Shown: positions 10,368 through 24,400 of the stretch, in pieces
Position numbering within the stretch: the first letter of the stretch is position 1
Layout: each line of letters opens with the position of its first letter
From: Eledone cirrhosa
Taxonomy: Eukaryota
Assembly: GCA_964016885.1 (NCBI GenBank)
Contig: OZ024742.1
Coordinates: 168,020,001 to 168,084,000 of the forward strand
Direction: 5' to 3'
DNA length: 64,000 bases
Translations under genes and position numbers: made by a program
Notes under the pieces: model-generated
What the model was told of the DNA's origin: nothing
Seen by the model: only the letters and a program-made list of their open reading frames with translations
Databases searched by the model: none

Positions 10368-13300
10368 CTCAATCAAAAACCCAATTAAAAGGCCATAAAA
10401 GAAACATTAAAACAGCATTTAAAATACCATTAAAAACGCCATAAAAAATCATTAAAATCCCATTAAAAATACATTAAAGGCCCATTAAAAACGCCATAAA
10501 AAATCCATTAAAAAAAACTCAATCAAAAACCCATAAAAGAAACATTAAAACAGCATTCAAAAAACCCATTAAAAATTCATTAAAAAAATCCATTTAAAAA
10601 ATCCATTAAAAATCCATTAAAATCCATTAAAAATCCATTAAAAATCCATTAAAAGTCCATTAAAAATTCATTAAAAAATCCATTTAAAAAAATCCATTAA
10701 AAAAATCCATTAAAAAATCCATTTAAAAAATCCATTAAAAAAAATCCATTAAAAAAAATCCATAAAAAAATCCATTAAAAAAATCCATTAAAAAATCCAT
10801 TAAAAAAAAATCCATTAAAAATCCATTAAAAAAATCCATTTAAAAAATCCATTAAAAAATCCATTAAAAATCCATTAAAAATCCATTAAAAATCCATTAA
10901 AAAATCCATTAAAAAAACCCATTTAAAAAATCCATTAAAAAAATCCATTTAAAAAATCCATTAAAAAAAATCCATTTAAAAAAACCCATTAAAAAAAATC
11001 CATTAAAAAAATCCATTTAAAAAATCCAGTAAAAAAAATCCATTAAAAAAAATCCATAAAAAAAATCCATTAAAAAAAATTCATTAAAAAAAAATCCGTT
11101 AAAAAAAATCCATTAAAAACTCAATCAAAAACCCAATTAAAAGGCCATAAAAGAAATATTAAAACAGCATTTAAAATACCATTAAAAACGCCATAAAAAA
11201 TCATTAAAATTGTTTTTTATGAAATTTATAATATGGCTTTTAATGAACTTTTTAATGGGCTTTTAGAATCATTAAAATCCCATTAAAAATACATTAAAGG
11301 CCCATTAAAAACGCCATAAAAAATCCATTAAAAAAAATCCATTAAAAAAAAACTCAATCAAAAACCCATAAAAGAAACATTAAAACAGCATTTAAAAAAT
11401 CCATTAAAAAAAATCCATTTAAAAAAATCCATTAAAAAAGCCATTAAAAATCCATTAAAAATCCATTAAAAATCCATTAAAAATCCATTAAAAATCCATT
11501 AAAATCCATTAAAAATCCATTAAAAATCCATTAAAAAATCCATCTAAAAAAATCCATTAAAAAAATCCATTAAAAAAATTCATTTAAAAAATCCATTAAA
11601 AAAATCCATTTAAAAAATCCATTAAAAAAAATCCATTAAAAAAAATCCATAAAAAAAATCCATTAAAAAAAATCCATTAAAAAAAATCCGTTAAAAAAAA
11701 TCTATTAAAAATCCATTAAAAATCCATTAAAAATCCATTAAAATTCCATTAAAAATCCATTAAAAATCCATTAAAAAATCCATTTAAAAAAATCCATTAA
11801 AAAAATCCATTAAAAAAATCCATTAAAAACTCAATCAAAAACCCAATTAAAAGGCCATAAAAGAAACATTAAAACAGCATTTAAAATACCATTAAAAACG
11901 CCATAAAAAATCATTAAAATTCTTTTTTATGAAATTTATAATATGGCTTTTAATGAACTTTTTAATGGGCTTTTAGAATCATTAAAATCCCATTAAAAAT
12001 ACATTAAAGGCCCATTAAAAACGCCATAAAAAATCCATTAAAAAAATCCATTAAAAAAAAATTCAATCAAAAACCCATAAAAGAAACATTAAAACGGCAT
12101 TTAAAAAACCCATTAAAAATTCATTAAAAAAATCCATTAAAAATCCATTAAAAATCCATTAAAAATCCATTAAAAATCCATTAAAAATCCACTAAAAATC
12201 CATTAAAAATCCATTAAAAATCCATTAAAAAAAATCCATTAAAAAAATCCATTAAAAAACCCATTAAAAAAAATCCATTTAAAAAATCCATTAAAAAATC
12301 CATTAAAAATCCATTAAAAATCCATTAAAAATCCATTAAAAATCCATTAAAAATCCATTAAAAAAAATCCATTAAAAAAATCCATTAAAAAATCCATTTA
12401 AAAAATCCATTAAAAAAAATCCATTAAAAAAATCCATTAAAAAAATCCATTAAAAAAAATCCATTAAAAAAAAATCCATAAAAAAAATCCATTAAAAAAA
12501 ATCCATTAAAAAAATCCGTTAAAAAAAATCTATTAAAAACCCATTAAAAATCCATTAAAAATCCATTAAAAATCCATTAAAAATCCATTAAAAATCCATT
12601 AAAAAATCTATTTAAAAAAATCCATTAAAAAAATCCATTAAAAAAATCCATTTAAAAAATCCATTAAAAAAAATCCATTAAAAAAAAATCCATTAAAAAA
12701 AAATCCATTAAAAAAAATCAATTTAAAAAAATCCATTAAAAATCCATTAAAAAATCCATTTAAAAAAATCCATTAAAAACCCATTAAAAATCCATTAGAA
12801 ATCCATTAAAAAATCCATTTAAAAAACCCATTAAAAAAAACCCATTAAAAAAATCCATAAAAAAAAATCCATTAAAAAAATCCATTAAAAAAAATCCATT
12901 TAAAAAACCCATTAAAAAAATACATTAAAAAAATCCATTTAAAAAATCCATTAAAAAAATCCATTAAAAAAAAATCCATAAAAAAAATCCATTAAAAAAA
13001 ATCCATTAAAACTCAATCAAAAACCCAATTAAAAGGCCATAAAAGAAACATTAAAACAGCATTTAAAATACCATTAAAAACGCCATAAAAAATCATTAAA
13101 ATCCCATTAAAAATACATTAAAGGCCCATTAAAAACGCCATAAAAAATCCATTAAAAAAAACTCAATCAAAAACCCATAAAAGAAACATTAAAACAGCAT
13201 TTAAAAAACCCATTAAAAATTCATTAAAAAAATCCATTTAAAAAATCCATTAAAAATCCATTAAAATCCATTAAAAATCCATTAAAAATCCATTAAAAGT

Positions 13301-16300
13301 CCATTAAAAATTCATTAAAAAATCCATTTAAAAAAATCCATTAAAAAAATCCATTAAAAAATCCATTTAAAAAATCCATTAAAAAAAATCCATTAAAAAA
13401 AATCCATAAAAAAATCCATTAAAAAAATCCATTAAAAAATCCATTAAAAAAAAATCCATTAAAAATCCATTAAAAAAATCCATTTAAAAAATCCATTAAA
13501 AAATCCATTAAAAATCCATTAAAAATCCATTAAAAATCCATTAAAAAATCCATTAAAAAAACCCATTTAAAAAATCCATTAAAAAAATCCATTTAAAAAA
13601 TCCATTAAAAAAAATCCATTTAAAAAAACCCATTAAAAAAAATCCATTAAAAAAATCCATTTAAAAAATCCAGTAAAAAAAATCCATTAAAAAAAATCCA
13701 TAAAAAAAATCCATTAAAAAAAATTCATTAAAAAAAAATCCGTTAAAAAAAATCCATTAAAAACTCAATCAAAAACCCAATTAAAAGGCCATAAAAGAAA
13801 TATTAAAACAGCATTTAAAATACCATTAAAAACGCCATAAAAAATCATTAAAATTGTTTTTTATGAAATTTATAATATGGCTTTTAATGAACTTTTTAAT
13901 GGGCTTTTAGAATCATTAAAATCCCATTAAAAATACATTAAAGGCCCATTAAAAACGCCATAAAAAATCCATTAAAAAAAATCCATTAAAAAAAAACTCA
14001 ATCAAAAACCCATAAAAGAAACATTAAAACAGCATTTAAAAAATCCATTAAAAAAAATCCATTTAAAAAAATCCATTAAAAAAGCCATTAAAAATCCATT
14101 AAAAATCCATTAAAAATCCATTAAAAATCCATTAAAAATCCATTAAAATCCATTAAAAATCCATTAAAAATCCATTAAAAAATCCATCTAAAAAAATCCA
14201 TTAAAAAAATCCATTAAAAAAATTCATTTAAAAAATCCATTAAAAAAATCCATTTAAAAAATCCATTAAAAAAAATCCATTAAAAAAAATCCATAAAAAA
14301 AATCCATTAAAAAAAATCCATTAAAAAAAATCCGTTAAAAAAAATCTATTAAAAATCCATTAAAAATCCATTAAAAATCCATTAAAATTCCATTAAAAAT
14401 CCATTAAAAATCCATTAAAAAATCCATTTAAAAAAATCCATTAAAAAAATCCATTAAAAAAATCCATTAAAAACTCAATCAAAAACCCAATTAAAAGGCC
14501 ATAAAAGAAACATTAAAACAGCATTTAAAATACCATTAAAAACGCCATAAAAAATCATTAAAATTCTTTTTTATGAAATTTATAATATGGCTTTTAATGA
14601 ACTTTTTAATGGGCTTTTAGAATCATTAAAATCCCATTAAAAATACATTAAAGGCCCATTAAAAACGCCATAAAAAATCCATTAAAAAAATCCATTAAAA
14701 AAAAATTCAATCAAAAACCCATAAAAGAAACATTAAAACGGCATTTAAAAAACCCATTAAAAATTCATTAAAAAAATCCATTAAAAATCCATTAAAAATC
14801 CATTAAAAATCCATTAAAAATCCATTAAAAATCCACTAAAAATCCATTAAAAATCCATTAAAAATCCATTAAAAAAAATCCATTAAAAAAATCCATTAAA
14901 AAACCCATTAAAAAAAATCCATTTAAAAAATCCATTAAAAAATCCATTAAAAATCCATTAAAAATCCATTAAAAATCCATTAAAAATCCATTAAAAATCC
15001 ATTAAAAAAAATCCATTAAAAAAATCCATTAAAAAATCCATTTAAAAAATCCATTAAAAAAAATCCATTAAAAAAATCCATTAAAAAAATCCATTAAAAA
15101 AAATCCATTAAAAAAAAATCCATAAAAAAAATCCATTAAAAAAAATCCATTAAAAAAATCCGTTAAAAAAAATCTATTAAAAACCCATTAAAAATCCATT
15201 AAAAATCCATTAAAAATCCATTAAAAATCCATTAAAAATCCATTAAAAAATCTATTTAAAAAAATCCATTAAAAAAATCCATTAAAAAAATCCATTTAAA
15301 AAATCCATTAAAAAAAATCCATTAAAAAAAAATCCATTAAAAAAAAATCCATTAAAAAAAATCAATTTAAAAAAATCCATTAAAAATCCATTAAAAAATC
15401 CATTTAAAAAAATCCATTAAAAACCCATTAAAAATCCATTAGAAATCCATTAAAAAATCCATTTAAAAAACCCATTAAAAAAAACCCATTAAAAAAATCC
15501 ATAAAAAAAAATCCATTAAAAAAATCCATTAAAAAAAATCCATTTAAAAAACCCATTAAAAAAATACATTAAAAAAATCCATTTAAAAAATCCATTAAAA
15601 AAATCCATTAAAAAAAAATCCATAAAAAAAATCCATTAAAAAAAATCCATTAAAACTCAATCAAAAACCCAATTAAAAGGCCATAAAAGAAACATTAAAA
15701 CAGCATTTAAAATACCATTAAAAACGCCATAAAAAATCATTAAAATCCCATTAAAAATACATTAAAGGCCCATTAAAAACGCCATAAAAAATCCATTAAA
15801 AAAAACTCAATCAAAAACCCATAAAAGAAACATTAAAACAGCATTTAAAAAACCCATTAAAAATTCATTAAAAAAATCCATTTAAAAAATCCATTAAAAA
15901 TCCATTAAAATCCATTAAAAATCCATTAAAAATCCATTAAAAGTCCATTAAAAATTCATTAAAAAATCCATTTAAAAAAATCCATTAAAAAAATCCATTA
16001 AAAAATCCATTTAAAAAATCCATTAAAAAAAATCCATTAAAAAAAATCCATAAAAAAATCCATTAAAAAAATCCATTAAAAAATCCATTAAAAAAAAATC
16101 CATTAAAAATCCATTAAAAAAATCCATTTAAAAAATCCATTAAAAAATCCATTAAAAATCCATTAAAAATCCATTAAAAATCCATTAAAAAATCCATTAA
16201 AAAAACCCATTTAAAAAATCCATTAAAAAAATCCATTTAAAAAATCCATTAAAAAAAATCCATTTAAAAAAACCCATTAAAAAAAATCCATTAAAAAAAT

Positions 16301-17100
16301 CCATTTAAAAAATCCAGTAAAAAAAATCCATTAAAAAAAATCCATAAAAAAAATCCATTAAAAAAAATTCATTAAAAAAAAATCCGTTAAAAAAAATCCA
16401 TTAAAAACTCAATCAAAAACCCAATTAAAAGGCCATAAAAGAAATATTAAAACAGCATTTAAAATACCATTAAAAACGCCATAAAAAATCATTAAAATTG
16501 TTTTTTATGAAATTTATAATATGGCTTTTAATGAACTTTTTAATGGGCTTTTAGAATCATTAAAATCCCATTAAAAATACATTAAAGGCCCATTAAAAAC
16601 GCCATAAAAAATCCATTAAAAAAAATCCATTAAAAAAAAACTCAATCAAAAACCCATAAAAGAAACATTAAAACAGCATTTAAAAAATCCATTAAAAAAA
16701 ATCCATTTAAAAAAATCCATTAAAAAAGCCATTAAAAATCCATTAAAAATCCATTAAAAATCCATTAAAAATCCATTAAAAATCCATTAAAATCCATTAA
16801 AAATCCATTAAAAATCCATTAAAAAATCCATCTAAAAAAATCCATTAAAAAAATCCATTAAAAAAATTCATTTAAAAAATCCATTAAAAAAATCCATTTA
16901 AAAAATCCATTAAAAAAAATCCATTAAAAAAAATCCATAAAAAAAATCCATTAAAAAAAATCCATTAAAAAAAATCCGTTAAAAAAAATCTATTAAAAAT
17001 CCATTAAAAATCCATTAAAAATCCATTAAAATTCCATTAAAAATCCATTAAAAATCCATTAAAAAATCCATTTAAAAAAATCCATTAAAAAAATCCATTA
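10368..17100 (+). repeat. Tandem higher-order repeat, period 2644 bp, about 2.5 copies
   Basis: Empty cassettes at 10368/13012/15656, G-type cores at 11212/13856/16500, C-type cores at 11922/14566 and the CCACTAAAAA marker at ~12191/14835 are all spaced 2644 bp apart. Confidence 0.9.
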
Positions 17101-20100
17101 AAAAAATCCATTTAAAAAATCCATTAAAAAAAAATCCATTAAAAAAAAATCCATTAAAAAAAAATCCATTAAAAAAAATCCATTAAAAATCCATTAAAAA
17201 AATCCATTTAAAAAAATCCATTAAAAACCCATTAAAAATCCATTAAAAATCCATTAAAAATCCATTTAAAAAACCCATTAAAAAAAATCCATTAAAAAAA
17301 TCCATTTAAAAAATCCATTAAAAAAATCCATTAAAAAAAATCCATTAAAAAAGTCCATTTAAAAAATCCATTAAAAAAATCCATTAAAAAAAATCCTTTA
17401 AAAAATCCATTAAAAAAATCCATTAAAAAAATCCATTAAAAAAATCCATTAAAAAAAATCCATTAAAAAAATCCATTTAAAAAATCCATTAAAAAAATCC
17501 ATTAAAAAAATCCTTAAAATCCATTAAAAAAATCCATTAAAAAAATCCATTAAAAAAATCCATTAAAAATCCATTAAAAAAATCCATTTAAAAAAATCCA
17601 TTAAAAATCCATTAAAAACCCATTAATAATCCATTAAAAATCCATTAAAAATCCATTAAAAAATCCATTTAAAAAACCCATTAAAAAAATCCATAAAAAA
17701 AAATCCACTAAAAAAATCCATTAAAAAAAATCCATTTAAAAAAACCCATTAAAAAAATCCATTAAAAATCCATTAAAAATCCATTAAAAATCCATTAAAA
17801 ATCCATTAAAAATCCATTAAAAAATCCAATTAAAAAAATCCATTAAAAAAATCCATTAAAAAATCCATTTAAAAAATCCATTAAAAAAAATCCATTAAAA
17901 AAAATCCATTAAAAAAAAATCCATTAAAAAAAATCCATTAAAAAAAAAATCCGTTAAAAAAATCCATTAAAAACTCAATCAAAAACCCAATTAAAAGGCC
18001 ATAAAAGAAACATTAAAACAGCATTTAAAATACCATTAAAAACGCCATAAAAAATCATTAAAATTGTTTTTTATGAAATTTATAATATGGCTTTAATGAA
18101 CTTTTTAATGGGCTTTTAGAATCATTAAAATCCCATTAAAAATACATTAAAGGCCCATTAAAAACGCCATAAAAAATCCATTAAAAAAAATCCATTAAAA
18201 AAAAATTCAATCAAAAACCCATAAAAGAAACATTAAAACGGCATTTAAAAAACCCATTAAAAATTCATTAAAAAAATCCATTTAAAAAATCCATTAAAAA
18301 TCCATTAAAAATCCATTAAAAATCCATTAAAAATCCATTAAAAAAATCCATTAAAAAAATCCATTAAAAAATCCATTTAAAAAATCCATTAAAAAAAATC
18401 CATTAAAAAAAACTCAATCAAAAACCCATAAAAGAAACATTAAAACATCATTTAAAAAATCCATTAAAAAAAATCCATTAAAAAAAATCCATTAAAAAAG
18501 CCATTAAAAATCCATTAAAAATCCATTAAAAATCCATTAAAAATCCATTAAAAATCCATTAAAAATCCATTAAAAATCCATTAAAAAATCCATCTAAAAA
18601 AATCCATTAAAAAAATCCATTAAAAAAATTCATTTAAAAAATCCATAAAAAAAATCCATTAAAAAAAATCCATTAAAAAAAATCCATTAAAAAAAATCCA
18701 TTAAAAAAAAAATCCGTTAAAAAAATCCATTAAAAACTCAATCAAAAACCCAATTAAAAGGCCATAAAAGAAACATTAAAACAGCATTTAAAATACCATT
18801 AAAAAGCCATAAAAAATCATTAAAATTCTTTTTTATGAAATTTATAATATGGCTTTTAATGAACTTTTTAATGGGCTTTTAGAATCATTAAAATCCCATT
18901 AAAAATACATTAAAGGCCCATTAAAAACGCCATAAAAAATCCATTAAAAAAAATCCATTAAAAAAAAATTCAATCAAAAACCCATAAAAGAAACATTAAA
19001 ACGGCATTTAAAAAACCCATTAAAAATTCATTAAAAAAATCCATTTAAAAAATCCATTAAAAATCCATTAAAAATCCATTAAAAATCCATTAAAAATCCA
19101 TTAAAAAAAATCCATTAAAAAAATCCATTAAAAAATCCATTTAAAAAATCCATTAAAAAAAATCCATTAAAAAAATCCATTAAAAAAATCCATTAAAAAA
19201 AATCCATTAAAAAAAAATCCATAAAAAAAATCCATTAAAAAAAATCCATTAAAAAAAATCCGTTAAAAAAAATCTATTAAAAACCCATTAAAAATCCATT
19301 AAAAATCCATTAAAAATCCATTAAAAATCCATTAAAAATCCATTAAAAAATCTATTTAAAAAAATCCATTAAAAAAATCCATTAAAAAAATCCATTTAAA
19401 AAATCCATTAAAAAAAATCCATTAAAAAAAAATCCATTAAAAAAAAATCCATTAAAAAAAATCAATTTAAAAAAATCCATTAAAAATCCATTAAAAAATC
19501 CATTTAAAAAAATCCATTAAAAACCCATTAAAAATCCATTAGAAATCCATTAAAAAATCCATTTAAAAAACCCATTAAAAAAAATCCATTAAAAAAATCC
19601 ATTTAAAAAATCCATTAAAAAAATCCATTAAAAAAAATCCATTAAAAAAATCCATTTAAAAAATCCATTAAAAAAATCCATTAAAAAAAATCCTTAAAAA
19701 AATCCATTAAAAAAATCCATTAAAAAAATCCATTTAAAAAATCCATTAAAAAAATCCATTAAAAAAATCCTTAAAATCCATTAAAAAAATCCATTAAAAA
19801 AATCCATTAAAAAAATCCATTTAAAAAAATCCATTAAAAATCCATTAAAAACCCATTAATAATCCATTAAAAATCCATTAAAAAAATCCATAAAAAAAAT
19901 CCATTTAAAAAAATCCATTAAAAATCCATTAAAAACCCATTAATAATCCATTAAAAATCCATTAAAAAAATCCATAAAAAAAAATCCATTAAAAAAATCC
20001 ATTAAAAAAAATCCATTTAAAAAAACCCATTAAAAAAATCCATAAAAAAAATCCATTAAAAAAAAGCCATTAAAAAAAATCCATTAAAAACTCAATCAAA

Positions 20101-21459
20101 AACCCAATTAAAAGGCCATAAAAGAAACATTAAAACAGCATTTAAAATACCATTAAAAACGCCATAAAAAATCATTAAAATCCCATTAAAAATACATTAA
20201 AGGCCCATTAAAAACGCCATAAAAAATCCATTAAAAAAAACTCAATCAAAAACCCATAAAAGAAACATTAAAACAGCATTTAAAAAACCCATTAAAAATT
20301 CATTAAAAAAATCCATTTAAAAAATCCATTAAAAATCCATTAAAAATCCATTAAAAATCCATTAAAAATCCATTAAAAATTCATTAAAAAATCCATTTAA
20401 AAAAATCCATTAAAAAATCCATTTAAAAAATCCATTAAAAAAAATCCATTAAAAAAAATCCATAAAAAAATCCATTAAAAAAATCCATTAAAAAATCCAT
20501 TAAAAAAAAATCCATTAAAAAAACCCATTTAAAAAATCCATTAAAAAAATCCATTTAAAAAATCCATTAAAAAAATCCATTTAAAAAAACCCATTAAAAA
20601 AAATCCATTAAAAAAATCCATTTAAAAAATCCAGTAAAAAAAATCCATTAAAAAAAATCCATAAAAAAAATCCATTAAAAAAAATTCATTAAAAAAAAAT
20701 CCGTTAAAAAAAATCCATTAAAAACTCAATCAAAAACCCAATTAAAAGGCCATAAAAGAAACATTAAAACAGCATTTAAAATACCATTAAAAACGCCATA
20801 AAAAATCATTAAAATTGTTTTTTATGAAATTTATAATATGGCTTTTAATGAACTTTTTAATGGGCTTTTAGAATCATTAAAATCCCATTAAAAATACATT
20901 AAAGGCCCATTAAAAACGCCATAAAAAATCCATTAAAAAAAATCCATTAAAAAAAAATTCAATCAAAAACCCATAAAAGAAACATTAAAACAGCATTTAA
21001 AAAACCCATTAAAAATTCATTAAAAAAATCCATTTAAAAAATCCATTAAAAATCCATTAAAAATCCATTAAAAATCCATTAAAAATCCATTAAAAATCCA
21101 TTAAAAAAAAATCCATTAAAAAAATCCATTAAAAAAATCCATTTAAAAAATCGATTAAAAAAAATCCATTAAAAAAAATCCATTAAAAAAAAATCCATTA
21201 AAAAAATCCATTAAAAAAAAAATCCGTTAAAAAAATCCATTAAAAACTCAATCAAAAACCCAATTAAAAGGCCATAAAAGAAACATTAAAACAGCATTTA
21301 AAATACCATTAAAAACGCCATAAAAAATCATTAAAATTCTTTTTTATGAAATTTATAATATGGCTTTTAATGAACTTTTTAATGGGCTTTTAGAATCATT
21401 AAAATCCCATTAAAAATACAATAAAGGCCCATTAAAAACGCCATAAAAAATCCATTAAA

Positions 21460-24400
21460 AAAAATCCATTAAAAAAAATCCATTAAAAAAAACTCAATCA
21501 AAAACCCATAAAAGAAACATTAAAACAGCATTTAAAAAATCCATTAAAAAAAAATCCATTTAAAAAAATCCATTAAAAAAGCCATTAAAAATCCATTAAA
21601 AATCCATTAAAAATCCATTAAAAATCCATTAAAAATCCATTAAAAATCCATTAAAAATCCATTAAAAATCCATTAAAAAATCCATTAAAAAATCCATTAA
21701 AAAATCCATTAAAAAAATCCATTTAAAAAATCCATTAAAAAAATCCATTTAAAAAATCCATTAAAAATCCATTAAAAATCCATTAAAAATCCATTAAAAA
21801 TCCATTAAAAATCCATTTAAAAAATCCATTAAAAAAATCCATTAAAAAATCCATTAAAAACCCATTAAAAATCCATTAAAAATCCATTAAAAATCCATTA
21901 AAAATCCATTAAAAATCCATTAAAAAATCCATTTAAAAAAATCCATTAAAAAAATCCATTTAAAAAAATCCATTAAAAAATCCATTAAAAATCCATTAAA
22001 AATCCATTAAAAATCCATTAAAAATCCATTAAAAATCCATTAAAAATCCATTAAAAATCCATTAAAAAATCCATTTAAAAAAATCCATTAAAAAAATCCA
22101 TTTAAAAAATCCATTAAAAAAAATCCATTAAAAAAAAATCCATTAAAAAAAAAATCCATTAAAAAAAATCAATTTAAAAAAATCCATTAAAAATCCATTA
22201 AAAAAATCCATTTAAAAAATCCATTAAAAACCCATTAAAAATCCATTAAAAATCCATTAAAAATCCATTAAAAAATCCATTTAAAAAACCCATTTAAAAA
22301 AATCCATTAAAAACCCATTAAAAATCCATTAAAAATCCATTAAAAATCCATTAAAAAATCCATTTAAAAAACCCATTAAAAAATCCATTAAAAAAATCCA
22401 TTTAAAAAATCCATTAAAAAAATCCATTAAAAAAACCCATTAAAAAAAATCCATTAAAAAAATCCATTTAAAAAATTCAAAAAAAATCCATTAAAAAAAA
22501 TCCATAAAAAAATCCATTAAAAAAACTCAATCAAAAACCCATAAAAGAAACATTAAAACAGCATTTAAAAAATCCATTAAAAAAATCCATTTAAAAAAAT
22601 CCATTAAAAAATCCATTAAAAATCCATTAAAAATCCATTAAATATCCATTAAAAATCCATTAAAAATCCATTAAAAATCCATTAAAAATCCATTAAAAAT
22701 CCATTAAAAAATCCATTTAAAAAAATCCATTAAAATATCCATTAAAAAAATCCATTTAAAAAATCCATTAAAAAAATCCATTAAAAAAAAATCCATTAAA
22801 AAAAAATCCATTAAAAAAAATCAATTTAAAAAAATCCATTAAAAAAAATCCATTAAAAAAAAATCCATTAAAAAAAATCAATTTAAAAAAATCCATTAAA
22901 AATCCATTAAAAAAATCCATTTAAAAAAATCCATTAAAAACCCATTAAAAATCCATTAAAAATCCATTAAAAAAATCCATTTAAAAAACCCATTAAAAAA
23001 ATCCATTAAAAAAATCCATTTAAAAAATCCATTAAAAAAATCCATTAAAAAAAACCCATTAAAAAAAAATCCATTAAAAAAATCCATTTAAAAAATCTAT
23101 TAAAAAAAATCCATTAAAAAAAATCCATTAAAAAATCCATTAAAAAAAGTCCATTAAAAATCCATTAAAAAAATCCATTTAAAAAAACCCATTAAAAAAA
23201 AATCCATTAAAAAAATCCATTTAAAAAATCCATTAAAAAAAATCCATTAAAAAAAATCCATAAAAAAATCCATTAAGAAAAGTCCATTAAAAATCCATTA
23301 AAAAATCCATTTAAAAAACCCATTAAAAAATCCATTAAAAAAATCCATTTAAAAAATCCATTAAAAAAAATCCATTAAAAAAAATCCATTAAAAACCCAT
23401 TAAAAACCCATTAAAAATCCATTAAAAATCCATTTAAAAAACCCATTAAAAAATCCATTAAAAAAATCCATTTAAAAAATCCATTAAAAAAAATCCATTA
23501 AAAAAAACCCATTAAAAAAAATCCATTAAAAAAATCCATTTAAAAAATCCATTAAAAAAAATCCATTAAAAAAAATCCATAAAAAAATCCATTAAAAAAA
23601 GTCCATTAAAAATCCATTAAAAAAATCCACTTAAAAAAATCCATTTAAAAATCCATTAAAAACCCATTAAAAATCCATTAAAAATCCATTAAAAATCCAT
23701 TAAAAAATCCATTAAAAAAATTCAATCAAAAACCCATAAAAGAAACATTAAAACAGCATTTAAAAAACCCATTAAAAATTCATTAAAAAAATCCATTTAA
23801 AAAATCCATTAAAAATCCATTAAAAATCCATTAAAAATCCATTAAAAATCCATTAAAAATCCATTAAAAAATCCATTTAAAAAAATCCATTAAAAAAATT
23901 CATTAAAAAAATCCATTTAAAAAATCCATTTAAAAAAATCCATTAAAAAAAACTCAAACAAAAACCCATAAAAGAAACATTAAAACATCATTTAAAAAAT
24001 CCATTAAAAAAATCCATTTAAAAAAATCCATTAAAAAATCCATTAAAAATCCATTAAAAATCCATTAAAAATCCATTAAAAATCCATTAAAAAATCCATT
24101 AAAAATCCATTAAAAATCCATTAAAAATCCAAAAAAAATCCATTTAAAAAAACCCATTAAAAAAAAATCCATTAAAAAATCCATTTAAAAAATCCATTAA
24201 AAAAATCCATTAAAAAAATCCATTTAAAAAATCCATTAAAAAAAAATCCATTAAAAAAAATCCATAAAAAAATCCATTAAAAAAATCCATTAAAGAACAA
24301 TCCATTAAAAAAAATCCATTAAAAATCCATTAAAAAAATCCATTAAAAAAAATCCATTAAAAAATCCATTAAAAACCCATTAAAAATCCATTAAAAATCC

